Positions 13,701 to 26,414 are shown, counted from the first letter of the whole stretch. The stretch is DNA of 62,632 nucleotides, filler included, from Dugesia japonica (GCA_001938525.1; 6 parts of 6 records of this genome joined end to end with filler, not necessarily neighbours in it); one strand, 5' to 3'. Numbers and translations are program-made. Notes: generated from the letters alone by a model not told the origin.

Positions 13701-14875
13701 AATAAATTTAATAATATTTATCGTAAAATTATAATAATCTTAGATAGTTTGTCTCTATATTATACATAGAGATTTTTATGTGAATGAAACAAAATCCTAA
13801 CTTAACTTTTTATTATCTTTCATTAAATATAATTCTAGTTTCTTCTTCATAATTAATAATATTTAACTAAAAATAATAATAATATTACAGTCTATTCATT
13901 AAAATACCTTACTATAATAATTAAAATTTTCCCAACGGCCTAATAATAATTTCTTTAATGTTTTTTACCTATAATAATATCGATCTATTTCATATTTCTT
14001 TTCTATAATAATTCCAATTAATTCGACGAAAATCTTTTATTGAACTATTTTTGTTTTAATCTTACTTTCTTACATTAATTACTTTATTATATTCTAAATA
14101 TATATTTATACTTTTATAACATAAATATAATTATAAATAATATTATAACGCACATTTTGATTTCGATTTCGTTCATTATTCCTTCTTACCATTTCGTGAC
14201 ATAGTTCATATATTTAATTCGAATTTTTTTATTTCTTGAGCCATATTTATATTTATTTTGAGTTTTTGTGCTTTAATTTGTTGATTATTATTTCTTCGAT
14301 CCTTTTATCATTTCTCGATTAATTTATTTTCTTCGTTTAATATTTCTTGTATAAAGTATTCATCCATTAATTTATCGAATTATTATTCTTTTTATTTCAT
14401 ATCTTCATTTATTGTTTAATATTATTCTTTTATCTCCGAATTTACCAGTTGAGCATTCTTTTTGGTTCATCATCTTCTTAAGCACTATTGGATTTCAATT
14501 ATTAATTTATTCTTTTCTTATATTTTAATTTGATAATTACTGGTTCTTGAATTTATTTAATTCTTCCATAATAATTAGATCTTAACTTTCACAGCATTTT
14601 CGAGCTTTTGATTTACTTTTATGATCAATGTTTATCTGTTTCCTTTTATCCTGATTATTATTTTCTATTCAATTCTCTTAATTAATTTAATTTAATTTTC
14701 ATTTCATTTATCGATTCATTAAAGCCATTATTTTATTTTATTCTTTATTATCTTTTTTCGCTTTTCTATTTCCTTTATTACTTCATTTATGTTTGAACAC
14801 CATTGTCTCTTCCCTTTACTAGTTTGTTTTTTGTTTGAATATTTATTTTAATAACTGGCCTGTTTCAGCCCAACA
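10721..14875 (-). mobile_element. Giant solo LTR (~4.15 kb) with internal coding segments
   Basis: Ends TGTTGGG...CCCAACA, 4-bp TSD AGTG (10717-10720 and 14876-14879), interrupts a minisatellite that continues on both sides; termini match copies at 30763 and 35196. Confidence 0.82.
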
Positions 14876-15360
14876 AGTGTATATGGCTTATGAGTATATA
14901 GAGTTTATGAGTATATTATTTGCATAGTTACCTTGTATTATTTACATAGCAACCATGTATTATAGGGTTTATGAGTATGTGTATATAACTTAAATTTTCT
15001 GTATAAATATCTTATAAGTCTATATAAAAACTTATAAGTGAATATGGTTATGATTGTAAGGGTTTATGATAGTATAGGTTTATGAGTGTATATGGTTTAT
15101 GAGTGTATTATTTACATAGTTAACTTGTATTATTTACATGGCAAAGGTGTATATAACTAAAATTACTGAATAAAAACCTTATGAATAGGATATTATGAAT
15201 ATTATGAATATAGGATTTACGAATGCATTATTTGTATAGTTAACTATTATTATTTACATAGCAAAAGTGTAATATATGGTTTATGAGGGTATTATTTGCA
15301 TAGTAACCCTGTAACATAGAGTTTTTAAGTAATAAAGGGTTTATGAGTGTTATACGTTTG
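14876..15360. repeat. Minisatellite (GGTTTATGAGT...TATTATTTGCATAGTTA type); its other part is at 10635-10720
   Basis: Direct tandem repeats on both sides of the solo-LTR insertion. Confidence 0.8.
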
Positions 15361-15725
15361 TAAATAAAATTTAAAATGTCTGGAAATTATTGTCTGGAAA
15401 GTTGTTATATAAAATCAATATAATTAAAATTTGAATTTAAATGTTATTGATATGTGAATAATTTAATTAATTACGATGCAATTTAGAATGTCCAAAATCT
15501 AGGATTATTTTGATATATTTTTAAAATAACTATAAAATTATATTCATGTAAAATCACAAGATATAAACTCATGATATAAAAACATATGAACACATTAGTC
15601 TCTAATAAACCAATATTTTGAAAAACAAATTTAAATAAAATTTATTTTCAATTGCAAAGATCAAAACGATATTTTTCTAAATTTTATTTATAACGTTTTC
15701 TGAGCGTATACTTTGTTCCTAATCT

Positions 15726-17390
15726 TTATCTGTTGTTTTTGTATATTTTAACGTTTCTTTTCCTTTTTGGGTCCTTATGTTTTATTAAACACTGCTCGCA
15801 ATCTGGCAATCGTGAAAGTGCATCAGCATTAATATGTTCACGAATTTTTCTAAATTCTACGATCATATAAAAAATTTCCAGTTCAGCTTTCCATATGCAG
15901 TATTGTGACGTATTTGGGCTACCCCAATTAAGCATCCATTTTAATGCTTGATGATCTGTTTGCACAACAAATTGTGATCCCATTAAATAGTACTTAAACT
16001 TATGGACAAACACATATATTGCCAGAAGCTCTTTTCTTGTGATGCAGTACTGTTTCTGACTTTATGTTAGTGTTTTCGATGCATAGTATAATACTCGTTC
16101 CTTGCCATCTTGTACTTGAAAAAGTACAGCACCAATTGCGTTGTGAGAAGCATCTGTATCCAAGATATATTTTCCATCCTTTGTTGGCAAAGCTATCATT
16201 GCTGGTTCTGTCAACCGTTTACGTAGCTTGTAAAAATATTCTTAATTTTCATCTGTCCACTGAAATTTGTTTTCTTTCATTAGCATCAAACTGAGAGGTT
16301 TTGATAAATTTGCATAATTCTTTATGAATCGATTATTATAATTACAAAACCCTAAAAATGTTTGAAGTTCTTTTCGACATTGAGGAATCTCACATTTTTG
16401 GATTGCCATTATCTTATCAGGATCTGTTGCGATTCCATTTTTAGTTATTATATGCCCTGGATATTGTATTTTGTCCTGTACAAATTTACATTTATTTGGT
16501 GCTAATTAAAGTCCAGCTTCTCTTATTCTTCCTAATATTTGATCTAGTCTTTCATTATGTTTTTCTACAGTTTTACCGAATATTAAAACATCGTCCAAAT
16601 ATATTACGCCCTTTTTCCAATTTTCATTTCGCAATACAATATTCATAAGCCGCTGAAATGTTGCTGGTGCTGAGCATAATCCAAACGGCATTCTAGTAAA
16701 TTCGTATTTTCCAAACTTTGTGCCTAATGCTGTTTTTCCATGATCTTTTTTAACTATCGGCACTTGGTGATATCCACTTGAAAGGTCTAGAGTTGAAAAA
16801 TAGTTAGCTCCAGCAATACTGTCAAATATTTCTTCTGATGATGGTATTGGAAAGATTGGTCGGTTTGTTTTAGCATTCAATGTCCTGTAGTCAATACACA
16901 TACGGTTATCACCGTTTTTCTTTTTTACCACTACAATTAGAAAGCTTTATGGAGAAGTCCTCGGCTTTGCAACACCAAAATCTATCAAATTTTTTACCAT
17001 ATTTTTTACTTTATTTTCGAGTCCTTTTGGTATTCTTTGTGGCTTGAAAGCAATTGATATGCTATCAGTTGTTTCTATTTGATGTTCAATCATATCAGTT
17101 TTACCCACATCTATCTTATATCTACTAAATACATCTTTATTCCTATCAAGAATTGACAATGTTTTGATCACATCGTAGTAATTGTTTGTAACTTTCATAT
17201 CATTTTTAATTTTCTGCAGTATATTTTCTGTAATTTCTTTCTCTGTTCTTTGCTTTTCAGAGGACAATTGTCTAAGTGATACTTTTTCAAACACTTTTTC
17301 ATTTTTATTACACTCTTCTACATATCCGAGTGTAGTTCCAGTGTCTAAAGTTTTACATCCGCCTTCTAACATATATATTCTTACCCACAA
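15726..17390 (-). mobile_element. Ty3/Gypsy pol fragment (RT and RNase H), disrupted
   Basis: VKKKNGDNRMCIDYRTLN, LDLSSGYHQV, RMPFGLCSAPATFQR, YLDDVLI, TDHQALKW, NADALSR. Confidence 0.95.
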
Positions 17391-17879
17391 GATACAGAAT
17401 AACCATATACCTCTTTTATTATAATTATTTTTATTTCACCAAATGTCTTTATGACAAACAGTCCGAATGACCATATGGTTATGACTAACTGTCCTATGGC
17501 CAAATGCTCTATGACCAGAAGTCCTAGAACCTCAATTTCTACTTGATCATATTGAGAATAATTTTGAATTATAAAAAAAAGATTTATTTTAAGAAAACTA
17601 ATGTTTATATTCTTGATATGATACATACATACTTGTTATTTGTTAGTTTTTATTAATCTTTTCTTGTTTTAAAAGAAATGACTGGTTATTATTCATTTTA
17701 ATTTATTTGATTTATAAAAATAAGACATGCTTTTCAAAATAAAATCATTTAAAAAATGTCTAACTTTGAAAATTTAATAATGAGCTACTTAGATATGGAA
17801 TGTTATTATATTAACTAAGGTCGAGATAAAATAAAACAAAGTCCTAATTTCAAAACTATAACGCATTACAGAGACATCT

Positions 17880-18254
17880 TCGGATCACCAGAAAAAAATG
17901 ATTTGTCAACAGCATACTTGCAGTGGTCAAGTATGATTTAATTCGTAATGATCGTAAACGTCCACACAAATATAAGAATTATTTAAATGAGTTGGTCTAT
18001 GATGAGCAGAAAATGCCGATGAAGCTCATCAATATCCCGGAATTTGAGCGGGAAAACGATTTATCAATAACTGTTTTCAAATATAAAGAAGTACTTGATG
18101 GAGAAGAAGACAGTAAAATTGTATCTAAAAATCCATATGTTGATGTGATTTTCCGAACAAAAAACCCACATGAACGTCCCGTAAATTTGTTGGTGCTGGA
18201 AAATGATGAAGATTATCATTAAACGGGTGTGGTAAATTTGGAAAGATTATTGAA
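17880..18254 (+). pseudogene. Polinton protein-primed DNA polymerase B, N-terminal region fragment
   Basis: SILA...R...Y...P....IPEFEREN.LSITVF...VNLL.LE....H pattern typical of the pre-exonuclease region of Polinton pPolB. Confidence 0.7.
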
Positions 18255-18354
18255 NNNNNNNNNNNNNNNNNNNNNNNNNNNNNNNNNNNNNNNNNNNNTT
18301 AATTAATTAANNNNNNNNNNNNNNNNNNNNNNNNNNNNNNNNNNNNNNNNNNNN
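18255..18354. other. Artificial contig linker
   Basis: N44-TTAATTAATTAA-N44. Confidence 0.97.
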
Positions 18355-18599
18355 TAGACCTGATTTTATATAAAGACGGACCCCCTAGAAATAATTACCT
18401 AAATCGTCTAAATAAAAAGGGTAGAACCTCAACACATATAATGTGACAAATTTATAAAATTCGTGTTTTAAATTTCTTATTGAAATAAATAAAATTATTC
18501 AAACAAATGTCAATCTGAATTAAAATAAAAAATAGATTATTAAAAATTAGCTACCCTACAAAATAAATTTCCGACCAAATAAATTAAGCATTTTTCATT

Positions 18600-19060
18600 G
18601 ATCTAGTTGAATCAGTTCATTTTTGGGCGGTTTGGTTGAAACTTACCTCAAGAATAGTCAATATGGGCCAGTTTTGGACAATTTGGTCAGTTACTTACTC
18701 ACTTTTGGCAATGTTGGTTATTTTCTTACAAGGTTTGGACAATGTTGGTCAATTATTTGGTCACAATTGTAATATTTGGATAATTTGGTTGAGTTATTTC
18801 CTCGGGAATAGTTAATTTGGTTCAGTTTTGAATGATATTGTCAATTATTTACTCAGTGCTCAGACTTTGGTTGACACTGCTCCAATTTTGGACGATTCGG
18901 TCAATTATTTCCTCAGCATGGATAAACTTAGTCAATTATTTATTCATGGTAATTGGTTTTGGGTGGTTTTTGGAAAAGGATCAATTATTTGCGCACAAGG
19001 TTAATATTAGACGAATTCGGCCAATTCATAATCTATATTGAAATATTTGGTTACAAAAGT
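18600..19060. repeat. Degenerate ~40-bp tandem repeat; an inverted relative lies at 9250-9424
   Basis: Recurring TTTTGGACAAT(T/G)TTGGTCAATTATTT(C/A)CTC. Confidence 0.6.
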
Positions 19061-20029
19061 CTTTAAGATATAGTCAAACCTATTTGGAAAATTAAATCCA
19101 TTAAAAGCTTTATTGAGTAAATATTATTATTAATAAATAATTTGTCTTATTATTTTGTAACTTTTTATTTACCTTTTTATAAATCAAAACAAGTTTATTT
19201 AACAGTACAGTTTATTTAATTGAATCCCATACTATTCGATGTTCCAATGATTGTTCTACATGACATATGGCAACTGAAATTATAAAATTAAAAATAGATT
19301 ATTAAGGCAACAAAGATTACTTAGGTATTTGGATCTCTTTCCATGTTGTATTGATGTTGTTGTCTTAATGCTTTCAGTTTTATATTCATTTGAGTTTGAT
19401 TTATTGATTCAGCGCTTGAATAACTTAAATCATCATTAAATTCTTTGATTAATGCTTCTTTTGCGTTCTCATAAGACTCATTTACAACCGCTGACAATTT
19501 GAGAATATTATATTTAACTAAATTATCTATTAGAAATGTCATTAAAAATTTTTGGAATAATAGTTCTTCCACTCATTTTCATGAAAAATATTGTAAATGC
19601 ATCATCATCTTCAACAACATCTTGATTACATAGTTCTATTTCGTTCAACATGTCCTTCTGTTAAGATTACATCATCCATTTTTGAAAAGTGTACAATGCT
19701 TACAATCACTTAATTTAAACAATAATAGTTAAATGATTAATTAAGTTAATTAATTCTTTTAATATTTTATTAACAATTCATTGATTCCAATTGAAAATAA
19801 ATGAACACANATTGGATCATATTTTGAAATTCTTAATCTTGGGAATATTTTAGGTTCATATACACATTTATCTAATTTGACTGATACACATTTGGATAAT
19901 TCATATTATTAGGTAATTTTAGAAATTCGTAAATTTTTTAATATTTTTAAAATTTAATAAGGTTTTTATTAAAACCAATGTTTATTAGCTTAAATTTTTA
20001 AATGTAAATTTGAAAATTTAATTGTAAAG

Positions 20030-21648
20030 ATTCTTACAATAAAGCTCTTGAAATGTGGAAAATTACTGGATAATAACTTATTTGACTTAATAATGGTTTA
20101 TTTAAAACTTCATGTTTTCTTTTGACTGACTTCTTCCAGCAATTTAGACAAAAATCTTTAGCTCACAATAGACTTGAACCGCTAAACTTCTTTAGAATTC
20201 CAGGCATGTCATTGGCTTTTGCCTTGATGACTTTAATCGATCCAATTCAGTTATTGACTGACAATGACTTGTATACCTTCTTTGAGAGTGGTATTGGAGA
20301 AGACCTTATCCTTGTTAACAAGCATTATGTGTTTTATGATGAATAATTTAAATATTAATATATATAAATTAATAATATAAATTAATATAAATAATTTATA
20401 TGATTAAGCTTTAAGTCAAAATCTTCCTTATAAGAATTTTGAATGAATTTATTCTGGTTTTGATAACTTATTGAATGATTGTTTGATTTTTGACTTAGAT
20501 TCTTTATCTTATGGATATACTTTTGAGGTTAATATAAAAATTCCTACTAAATTAGATAATTATTTATCTGATCTTCTTGTTGCTGCTGAACACCAAAGTC
20601 CACTTGGATCTAAGGTAAAAAAGTTGTTGCTAATACATTATCCTAAGAATAATTATATTGTTGATTGGAGATTGTTGCTAATACAATTACAGTTAGGTGT
20701 TAAAATTAATAAAGTTCATAGAGCTGTTAAGTTTAGACAGGACAATATTTTTAAGAAATATATTGATGATGCTACCCAATTAAGAGAACAAAGTAACTCA
20801 GATCTCGATAAAAATTATTATAAATTCTTGAATAATAGTTTTATGGAAAATCTGTAGAAAATCTATTGATTCGTATGAATCTTAGACTTTGCAATTCGGC
20901 TAAAAAGCTTGTAACTTATACGCTGAAACCAGGCTTAAAGAAATCCATTAAGATAGATGATCACTTGATTACTGTCTGGTTGAGTAAGGAATTGGTTTGT
21001 TTAGATAGACCTAATTACACTGGTCAAATAGTTTTTAATCTTTCTATATTAAGGATGTACCAATTACAGTACATTGAACTTGAGAAATATAGGAAGGAAG
21101 AGAATTGTAAGATCAATATTAATGCTGGTGATACCGAAAGCTTCTTCCTTGAAGTTAAAGATATCAAATTAGAGAAATTGTTAGGCTTAATGGTTCGTAA
21201 TAATCTGCTTGATACTTTAAATTATTCTAAAACACATCCTCTGTATAGTGATAAGTTGAATTCAGTTATAGGAAAGTTTAAAGATGAAAATAAGGGTAAT
21301 AAGTATAAGAAATGGTTGTTCTTGAGACTTAAGTGTTACAGTTTTCTTAGCGATAACAAGTCAATGAAAACTAAAGGTGCAACACTGAAAGATAGTGGCA
21401 TTAACTATAAGTCATATCTTGATTGTTACAACAACAATAAAAAGGTCTCAGTACAACAATTTAGGATAGGAACTAAAAATCATCAGTTGTTTAATTTTAA
21501 CGATTCAAAAATAGCACTATCTAAAACTGACAACAAAAAAGTATGGCTAGAAAAGAATAAAAGTCTACCATACGGCCATTGTAGTATTCCGACCAATAAT
21601 AATGAAGTAACAACCAATGTAAAGGTAAAAACTTTATTTGTTAATTGA
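20030..21648 (+). pseudogene. Polinton pPolB catalytic domain, inactivated
   Basis: YLKL.V..LTD.FQQFR, PGMS, F.ESGI, YYKFLNNS, catalytic DTDS changed to DTES, IGKFKDE, LR.KCYS, SLPYGH. Confidence 0.92.
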
Positions 21649-21819
21649 AATTAATTAATTTTTTATTATTTAGTAATTCAACTCATTCGTTAAAATAGTT
21701 CAAGAAGATTATCAGACAACAGATTTTATTGAAATAACTATAAGTTTGAAAATATTTTTGTTTTTAATATTTTTATTTTTATTATTTTATGTAAATTATT
21801 GTTGATATTTACCTGAGAT

Positions 21820-22590
21820 TTAATTTAGAAATGTTCGATGGAATGCGGCAGATTGATACACAAAGGCAGTATTTTGTAAGGTAGTATGATGTACTAGAAG
21901 GTTGAATTTGGCAGCATCCATGGTTTTTTCTGTGAATGTATTCTCATACTGAAGCTTATCTAATATTTTAATGTAGAACATAAAATGTATTCTTTCAGCC
22001 TTCAATATTTTTATTAACTGATGTTTTTGTTTTTTCAAAAACTGACCATAACTGACTGTTCTAATGTCATTATTAATTTGTTTCATTGTTATGGAGTCAT
22101 GCTGGGTGGAGATGTCTTGGAATTCACTGACAGGATCATAAAAATCGGGAAAGTCTTTCTGTTCGAGAAAAGGGGTGAGATGGGAAAAGCGCGTACTATT
22201 GTTATACGGCATTTCAACCATGAGGGTTAGTGAGACAATTTGTCCAACAGAAGGTTCTTTAACATAACAGAAATTTGCACGACGTAATTTGGTATCATAA
22301 ATTTTTTGGGATCTACAAGAAGGACAAGGTACATTATCTGAGTTGGTTATATTAAAATATTCAGTTATACAAGCAAAACAAAAGAAGTGCTCACATGGTG
22401 TGATACGGGGTAAAATAGACTGGTCATAACATAAAGGACATATAGGTTTGTCTGTGATAAGTAACGTACCTAGTGCAATGTCTGGCCAACAAAAATTGTA
22501 AGGGTTTGTTAAATTCCAGTGTTTCTCATATAAAGTTATACGTGCTGTCTGCAATATAAACAATTGTTGTGATTGATAACTGGAATTCAT
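21820..22590 (-). CDS. C3HC4 RING finger protein, RNF10/Mag2-like, intronless
   Basis: CPLC...PRITPCEHFFCFACITEYF...CPSC followed by VGQIVSLTLM and C-terminal FVYQSA.....FLN, parallel to RNF10 (as recalled). Confidence 0.75.
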   Translation of the reverse strand: MNSSYQSQQLFILQTARITLYEKHWNLTNPYNFCWPDIALGTLLITDKPICPLCYDQSILPRITPCEHFFCFACITEYFNITNSDNVPCPSCRSQKIYDTKLRRANFCYVKEPSVGQIVSLTLMVEMPYNNSTRFSHLTPFLEQKDFPDFYDPVSEFQDISTQHDSITMKQINNDIRTVSYGQFLKKQKHQLIKILKAERIHFMFYIKILDKLQYENTFTEKTMDAAKFNLLVHHTTLQNTAFVYQSAAFHRTFLN

Positions 22591-22672
22591 TCTAAAATAT
22601 ATAATATTAATGATAGGGCTAGAGAGAGATACTATAATAACAATAGATAAATATATATAGTTCTTTTTTATG

Positions 22673-23734
22673 TTACTCATTGTTAACTGAAAGTGTAAGT
22701 GTNNNNNCCTTTTCCGTGACAGCGATGGTGTTAAGCAAAACATTTTCAACAACAAATTTTAATGTCTTCTTACTATCCTCTTTAATGGTTGTTAATCTAA
22801 TGCGTTTCTTTCCAAACTGTAATTGCATATCTTTACCTGATATTCTTTTCAAAGTGTTTTTTGCATTGCTAATATTTCCATCCAACTTATCTATTTTGAG
22901 GGCTCTATTCAAATTGATTGTGCCCCTACCAGGTTTGTATATATCAATTTGTGGTCCAGAACCGAGGTCATCACTGTCGCTATCCGTATGATACGGCATC
23001 ACCTCGAAATCTCCTCTTACTTGATCCAACCTAAGATCTTCCACTTCCTCACCTGACCAGTATTCAGTTTCACTTTCAGACACCTTTTGTTCTCTCTGTG
23101 ACATTGTCCGTTCTGGAATCTCATCATCCTCAGATGCGTCCATATCTGTTTGTATCTGTTTAGGATTTCTTCGTATCATATCATCAATTAGTGTCTGCTG
23201 CTCACCAGTGTCGTTATGCGGTCTAAGTTCTTCTGGTAAGTCTTCCTCGTTCCACTCTATATCTATGTCATTACTCATATTAGATTGACTATCTGTGCTT
23301 CTATCTGTCTCTTCTCCATTCTCTTCCATATCTGAATCTTGTTCAGAATCTAATATCCATACTACACTATCTGGTTTCTCCTGTTCTCTAGTCATGACTT
23401 CTTGCAATATTGACGCATTATTTTCTATACCTTGCATAACCGGATTATTACCAGGATATATAGAATATTGCCATGGTTGCTGAGTAATTATTTGTTTGTA
23501 TATAATCTTTATGAATGTTATTCGTTTTGCTGTCGATTCCTGCGCTTTTTCTCTCGCTGTTTTCAACATATTTCTGATGACCCTATCTTGTCTTATGGGT
23601 TTGAATACTGCTTCCATAAGTTTGATCAATTTCAACTTCTTTACATTTGGAATATTACAATCATATGCTACCATCGCATTTGCTCCTCTTGCTAATTCCA
23701 ATAACATTATTATAATTGTTATTATTGTACCCAT
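22673..23734 (-). CDS. Signal peptide plus AYDCN glycoprotein stub fused to an acidic low-complexity region
   Basis: TIITIIIMLLELARGANAMVAYDCN matches TTILLLFLIMGRSEAILAYDCN at 54140-54210; the rest of the ectodomain is missing. Confidence 0.65.
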   Translation of the reverse strand: MGTIITIIIMLLELARGANAMVAYDCNIPNVKKLKLIKLMEAVFKPIRQDRVIRNMLKTAREKAQESTAKRITFIKIIYKQIITQQPWQYSIYPGNNPVMQGIENNASILQEVMTREQEKPDSVVWILDSEQDSDMEENGEETDRSTDSQSNMSNDIDIEWNEEDLPEELRPHNDTGEQQTLIDDMIRRNPKQIQTDMDASEDDEIPERTMSQREQKVSESETEYWSGEEVEDLRLDQVRGDFEVMPYHTDSDSDDLGSGPQIDIYKPGRGTINLNRALKIDKLDGNISNAKNTLKRISGKDMQLQFGKKRIRLTTIKEDSKKTLKFVVENVLLNTIAVTEKXXTLTLSVNNE

Positions 23735-24167
23735 TAGTGGTCAATTTGATTTTTTTAGTTTCTTTATTAATAAGTTTCTTTATTTCATCTTCTTGTTCTG
23801 TTTGTTGAATTTTTTGTTTACGATTATTTGTTGGATATAACGTTTCCCAACCTCCTTCTTGTGTGATCCACGCGTTAATCCCTTTATTCCAAAATCGATT
23901 AACTATTCGTTTTACAACCAAAATATTTTTATCCGGTTTCTCAACTAATTGTTCTCGATTCTTAAGTATTATATACGAAATAGCTGTGATTACTTTAATT
24001 TTATTTATTCCTTCTTTCATCATTGTTTTTATCACTTTATAATCATCAATTTCNGGATCTGCTATTATTAATTTGCTCACTTCTTTTATTATGAGTTTCA
24101 TGTCTTCGAATATCATTAATGCTTTATTCTGAGTTATTATGCAGTCATATAGATCAGCATGTACCAA
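23735..24167 (-). CDS. Bcl-2-like domain
   Basis: BH1-like MMKEGINKIKVITAISY and BH2 NAWITQEGGWETL (23844-23870). Confidence 0.72.
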
Positions 24168-24199
24168 TTTAATTAGACTTCTTATAAGTCCTTGATCTG

Positions 24200-25121
24200 A
24201 TCCTGCTTATGCTTGTTCATCATATCTTTGTGATATATTATTCAAATGTTCCGCTTGCACTTTTTCTGGTATTATATCCTCTAATTTTGGTCTACCTCTT
24301 GATCTTTTGTAATCTGATACTTTGTCTTTAAATACTTTCTGTCTTGGCATCTCGCTTCTTACATTATCTGATGTTGATGGTTTTTCATTCCTTGTGGTCG
24401 ATGTTGGTGGCTATTGCTGGCTTGCTCTTTCCTCCTCAGCTTTATTTGCTTGTGCCATCATACTTAAAATTTCTTCCATAGATTGTTGTTGATCATCTGT
24501 TAATACTTGTGGCTTATGTTTCATAAATGTCGCTTTTATGATATTAATCTTACCTGGAATAATTCCATATTCCATCAATGTTTTGTTCTCATTTAGTTCT
24601 GTATTGTAGAACGATAGCTGTATCACATCTTCATTTTGCAACAATACTGGCCAATATCTATTTACTATTTTATATAATTTATTTGTTTTTGTACACGCAT
24701 GTACTGTCAATTCTAATGCTGTCACCGAGCATTCGTTTTTTCCTGCTACCACTTTGATATTTAATGACTCTTGCAACATTTCGTTTCCTTTTACGTATTC
24801 ACTATATTTTTGAAATATCTCATCTATTGTTTCTAGATTTTCTGATATCTCTATTCTGTTTCGACTCTTTGCTAACATGATTATTATTGGTTTAATTTTT
24901 TGAAAATTGATAGGATATTCGTTAACATCTTTCAAATATTGTAACAATCTAAGTTCATTAATTCTTTCTTTTGTTATTTCCAATCTGACATTCTCTATCA
25001 ATATTTCTTGCTTCTTTTCGTCTATTGCATCTAAATCTACTTCTGTTGGTTCACACATATTTATTTCATATTCCTCTCTCTCTTCTTGTCTCTCCATCAT
25101 ACGCTGATAATGTATTTTCAT
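24200..25121 (-). CDS. Ubiquitin-like domain plus AT-hook (one in-frame stop at 24411)
   Basis: IQLSFYNTELNENKTLMEYGIIPG resembles the ubiquitin C-terminal half; KRSRGRPKL at 24282-24308 is in the same frame after the stop. Confidence 0.65.
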
Positions 25122-25219
25122 ATCTTAGAACTCAATTCTCATATTTTTATAAGCTTCATTATCGATTACTTCAATAGCATAAGTTTCTCTTGTTTCTGGG
25201 CTGAATGATACATCTTTCT

Positions 25220-26405
25220 TCAGAATACTTCTAGAATCATTTGGTTTATTTCTACNNNNNNNNNNNNNNNNNNNNNNNNNNNNNNNNNNNNNNNNNNNNN
25301 NNNNNNNNNNNNNNNNNNNNNNNNNNNNNNNNNNNNNNNNNNNNNNNNNNNNNNNNNNNNNNNNNNNNNNNNNNNNNNNNNNNNNNNNNNNNNNNNNNNN
25401 NNNNNNNNNNNNNNNNNNNNNNNNNNNNNNNNNNNNNNNNNNNNNNNNNNNNNNNNNNNNNNNNNNNNNNNNNNNNNNNNNNNNNNNNNNNNNNNNNNNN
25501 NNNNNNNNNNNNNNNNNNNNNNNNNNNNNNNNNNNNNNNNNNNNNNNNNNNNNNNNNNNNNNNNNNNNNNNTTTCTGTTGTAATTGCTATAATTTCTTTG
25601 GTAATAATCCGTTTTAAATTTTACATCCTGCTCCTTTCTACTATCTTGACGATTTTGATATGCTTTCCTCATCTCATTCCATGACGATTCCTCATTGCTT
25701 GCATATATTTCAATTGCATATATTTGTCTGGTTTTATCTTTATGTTTTGTATTTGCCTCAATTTGTCTCGTTTTTCTTGTTAGTTCTTCTAAGTTTTTAT
25801 ACTCTGCTGCAATTAGAGCATCACGAATATATTTATGTGTCCCATTTAGAAATTGAAATTCTATAGTATTATCTCCTTTTCCAAAAGCTTGCTCTGCTAA
25901 CCTTGTTAATTTATATATATATTCGCCCACTATTTCATTTGTTAATTGTGTTCTATCTCTAAAGTTTTGTATACAAATTCTTTCTAATTCACTTGGAACT
26001 ATTATCTTTTCCTCAATTTTGCTATTAGATCATTCCATTTATCAGGTTTGGCATCCAGATTTTTATAACATTTTAATGCNTTTTAATACTGTATTTTAAT
26101 TCTTTTAAATACAGTGGCAATCTTTTAATTAATTCTGCTTCAGTCCATCCATAAGCTGTGGCACAGACCTGCATATGGTCAAAGTATTCATCGGCCTCCT
26201 CAGGTTTCCCTGCATAAAATTGTATTGGTAATATATTTAATGTACCTCGGTGTCCAAATTCACCTCCTACTTGATCATTAATTGGTAAATTTTTAAATGG
26301 CATATTCACAGTATTATTATTTGCTGCAGCCATTTTTTTGATCTCTCTGTTTCTCAAATTATATATTGTATTCTCTTCAATGATTATTCCTTCAGTTTTT
26401 TTCAA
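25220..26405 (-). pseudogene. Gag capsid (Ty3/Gypsy retrotrans_gag type), frameshifted, contains a gap
   Basis: FYAGKPEEADEYFDHMQVCATAYGWTEAELIKRLPLYLK; R.Q...E.VGEYIYKLTRLAEQAF...QFLNG. Confidence 0.85.
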
Positions 26406-26414
26406 CTGGAATGC

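Noticed and set aside
17880-21648. pPolB N-terminal and catalytic parts as one gene, or one Polinton together with 419-5156
   Set aside because: They are separated by artificial linkers and lie on different contigs.
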